Assembly: GCA_010909165.1 (NCBI GenBank)
Contig: VJWM01000108.1
Coordinates: 744,001 to 808,000, forward strand
Length of the DNA: 64,000 nt
Source: Anthoceros angustus
Taxonomy: Eukaryota; Plantae; Anthocerotophyta
Direction: 5' to 3'
The position numbers and the translations under genes were made by a program. Shown here in pieces: positions 61,186 through 64,000 of the stretch. Every line of letters begins with the position of its first letter. Positions within the stretch are counted from its first letter, which is position 1. The notes below the pieces were generated by a model. It was given only the letters and a program-made list of their open reading frames with translations, was not told the origin of the DNA and did not search any database.

Positions 61186-64000
61186 ATGATGGCCACACTG
61201 TGGCAACCCGACCCGTTCTGTACTCAACAACAGATTGGGGTGTGTACAGGGATTCTACTAGGAGCCCCCACTGGCCTCACTTCAGAGGCAAACAATGAAG
61301 CCTCCAGGTGCATCTGTGCAAGCAGCCCAGCACTTCCACTTCCGACAAAATCTGTGGTTGGGGACCCTACCGTGTGGTGGTCCAACAGACGAGATAGGAA
61401 GAGCTCCCGTCCGCCTGACTTCCGGCGTAAGGGGTCCGGCGAGGTCCTGTGGTTAAACAGCATGTCCAAGCCAGCTTGGGTTGATGAGCAGCTCGTGTCC
61501 TTGGATATGCAGATGGGTCATGGTGCCTCTCCTTCCGAGTCCAGCTCTTCGGATAAGCCTGAACCTGGCAAGCGTGCAAGATTGGAAATGGGCGTGGTTA
61601 CGGCTGTAGCCGTGCGCACGTTATGTCAGCAAGGGAAGCTTTCTGAGGCCGTTGGAGCCCTGGAATCTCTAGCGCAGACAGACTCCGCTATATCTCAGTC
61701 TCTGTTCCATACTGTGCTAAAACTGTGTACAGCTAAGAAGGATTTGGTTGTGGGGCGACGAGTTCATGACCTCACTGTCAAGCTCGGTTACGAGTCGGAT
61801 ACATACTTGGGGAACCATATCTTGCGCATGTATGCGTGTGGAGGCAGTCTGCAGGAGGCCATGGATGTGTTCACCAGGGTGGGGAATCCAGATGCTTTTA
61901 TGTGGTCTTCCATAATCTCTGCATATGCCAAGCATGGGAAATCTAATGACGCCATACAACTGTACCATCAGGTGCTCAGGTCAGGATTGAAGGCGGATGG
62001 TCACGTCTATGTAGCTGCCCTTCAAGCTTGTGCATTTGCCGCCGACTTGGAATCTGGCAGGAAAGTGCACTCTGATGTGTTGCACAGTGGCATTCCTTGT
62101 AACATGTTTGTGGGAAATTGCCTGGTGGACATGTATGTAAAATGTGGTGAACTGAAAGATGCCCGCCACGTTTTTGACAGCATGGCCACTAAGAACGTTG
62201 TGACATGGAATGCCCTGATAGCTGGGTATGCTAAATGTGGTGAACTAAAAGATGCACGCCAGGTTTTTGACAGCATGAGCACAAAGAATGTGGTGACCTG
62301 GAATGCCCTGATAGCTGGGTATGCCCAGCAAGGGCTCGGACATGAGGCCCTCGCTCTGTATGGACAGATGGAGCAGGAGGGCCTCATTTTGGCTGACCGT
62401 GTTACTTTTGCATGCCTTCTGAATGCCTGCACAAACACTGGTTCCTTACAGAAGGGCAGGCAGCTGCACTCACTGATTGTTGAACGAGGACTGCTGGATG
62501 ACGTATTGGTGGGCAACTGCCTGGTGGACATGTATGCAAAGTGTGGTGAACTGAAAGACGCACGCCAGGTTTTTGACAGCATGGCTACAAAGGATGTGGT
62601 GACATGGACCCTATTGCTGGGTATGCACAGCAAGGACTCGGCCAAAGGGCGCTGGACAAATGGAGCAGGAGGGCCTGATTTTGGCTGACCATGTTACTTT
62701 TGCTTGCTGAAGGCCTGTGCAAGCACTGGTGCCTTACAGAAGGGCAGCTGCACTCAGATTGTGTTGAAGAGGACTGCTGGATACGTTGTGTTGGGCACTG
62801 CCTGGTGGACATGTATGCAAAATGTGGTGAACTGGAAGATGCACGCCAGGTTTTTGACAAACAAAGGATGTGGGACATGGAATGCCCTGATTGCTGGTAT
62901 GCTGGGAGGACTTGGCCAAGAGGCGCTTGTGTATGGACAAATGGAGGAGGGCTCATTTTGGCTGACGATGTTACTTTTGCTTGCCTTCTGAAGGCCTGTG
63001 GAAGCACTGGTGCCTTACAGAAGGGCAGGCAGCTGCACTCACAGAGGACTGCTGACGTACTGGTGGGCACCTGCCTGGTGGACATGTATGCAAAATGTGG
63101 TAACTGGAGATGCACGGTTTTGACAGCAACAAAAATGGTGACATGGACCACCTGATATCTGGGTATGGTATTGTGATGAAGGTCACAAGGCACTAGCTTG
63201 TTTTGAGAGATGTTAGTTGCTGTATTCAGCCTAATTACTGCTTGCCTTTTAGTAGCATGCAGTCATGAGGACTGGTCCATGAGGGTCCTCAAGCACTTTG
63301 ATTCCATGAACAGCATGGCATCAAACCTAATTGAGCATTACATTTGCATGATTGATCTTCTTGGGCGTGCAGGCCATTTAGATGAGGCAGAGAAGATGCT
63401 GTCATGTGAGGGCCAAAATAATGTTGTGGGGTTGACGTCTTTGTTGAATGCCTGCAAAAATCACGGGATATAGAGAGGGCGATTGGTGTTTTGAAAGCAT
63501 TGTCAGACTGGACCCTCAAAGGGCTTCTGCGTATGTGCTTATGGCCAATGCCTACGCAGATGCAGGTAGATGGACCGATGTAGACAGGATTGAAACACAC
63601 AGACGGGTAGCAGGAGCTAATAAGAAACCTGCAGTGGCGACCATTGAGGTGAAAAAGCAGGTCCATAGATTTCTGGTGGGAGAAACAAGAGAGGATATTG
63701 CCCGAAAGGTAGAGAGCGCGAATGCACTTCTGAAGGAGGAAGGAGGCCACGTTCCTCACACAAGATTGGTGTTGAAGCCACTGTGTGAGAAAGGAAAGGA
63801 AGATGTGCTTTGTGGGCATGCCGAGAAACTAGCTCTGGCGTTCGGTCTCTTGAACACTCCGAGTGGAACACCTTTGGTAGTAACGAAGAATCTACGCATG
63901 TGCAGTGACTGCCACAGCTCCACGGAGATCATGTCAAGGCTTGAACAGAGACATTGTTGTAAGGGATGGGTACCGTGTGCATCGATTCGCGGCTGTTGCA
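61186..64000 (+). CDS. PLS-class PPR-DYW:KP protein (gene 2), paralog of gene 1; 3' end runs off the window
   Basis: Open for ~500 codons from ATG 61186 (L-S-P-L-S-SS-P-L-S), then frameshifted triplets, E region, [10 protein letters not shown] (63623), LVLKP, HAEKLA, CSDCH. Confidence 0.92.
61363..61494 (+). other. PDF-like motif in PPR gene 2 (first helix deleted relative to gene 1)
   Basis: [44 protein letters not shown]. Confidence 0.7.

Noticed and set aside
58635-63193. Minus-strand ORFs over the PPR arrays (e.g. 58965-59651, 62022-62645)
   Set aside because: Shadow ORFs of the repetitive PPR coding strand, with no independent domain.
58500-63620. Calling PPR genes 1 and 2 pseudogenes
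   Set aside because: Frameshifts are concentrated in the multi-copy repeat and E regions, while the N-termini and catalytic motifs are intact. They cannot be separated from sequencing error here.

Overview
Eukaryotic (land-plant) nuclear DNA. The GRP-ending DYW:KP editing domains point to a lineage with U-to-C organellar RNA editing, most likely a hornwort (inference). Bases 1-~55.9 kb are a head-to-tail array of a ~5.3-kb Ty1/copia-derived unit ('element A', minus strand). Neighbouring units share one ~230-bp LTR, which has a PPT-like tract on one side and a tRNA-iMet PBS on the other. Each unit carries gag-protease-integrase but no RT/RNaseH; a CAATGG minisatellite and a ~125-bp AT-rich minisatellite sit in their place. 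Three consecutive units contain a complete, different copia ('element B', 165-bp LTRs) at the same nucleotide of A's integrase. LTR SNP patterns indicate one insertion later duplicated with the array. The first B copy holds a further ~6-kb TG..CA insertion ('element C') with no LTR pair and a coiled-coil ORF. Bases ~56.9-64 kb are a tandem cluster of PLS-class PPR-DYW:KP (GRP) genes: one orphan DYW remnant and two long genes. Both long genes carry an N-terminal motif matching the PDF ssDNA-binding motif of OSB proteins. Indel density is high in repeated DNA and low in unique DNA, so many frameshifts may be sequencing or polishing errors. Coordinates of degenerate features are approximate. No rRNA, tRNA gene or CRISPR array was seen.
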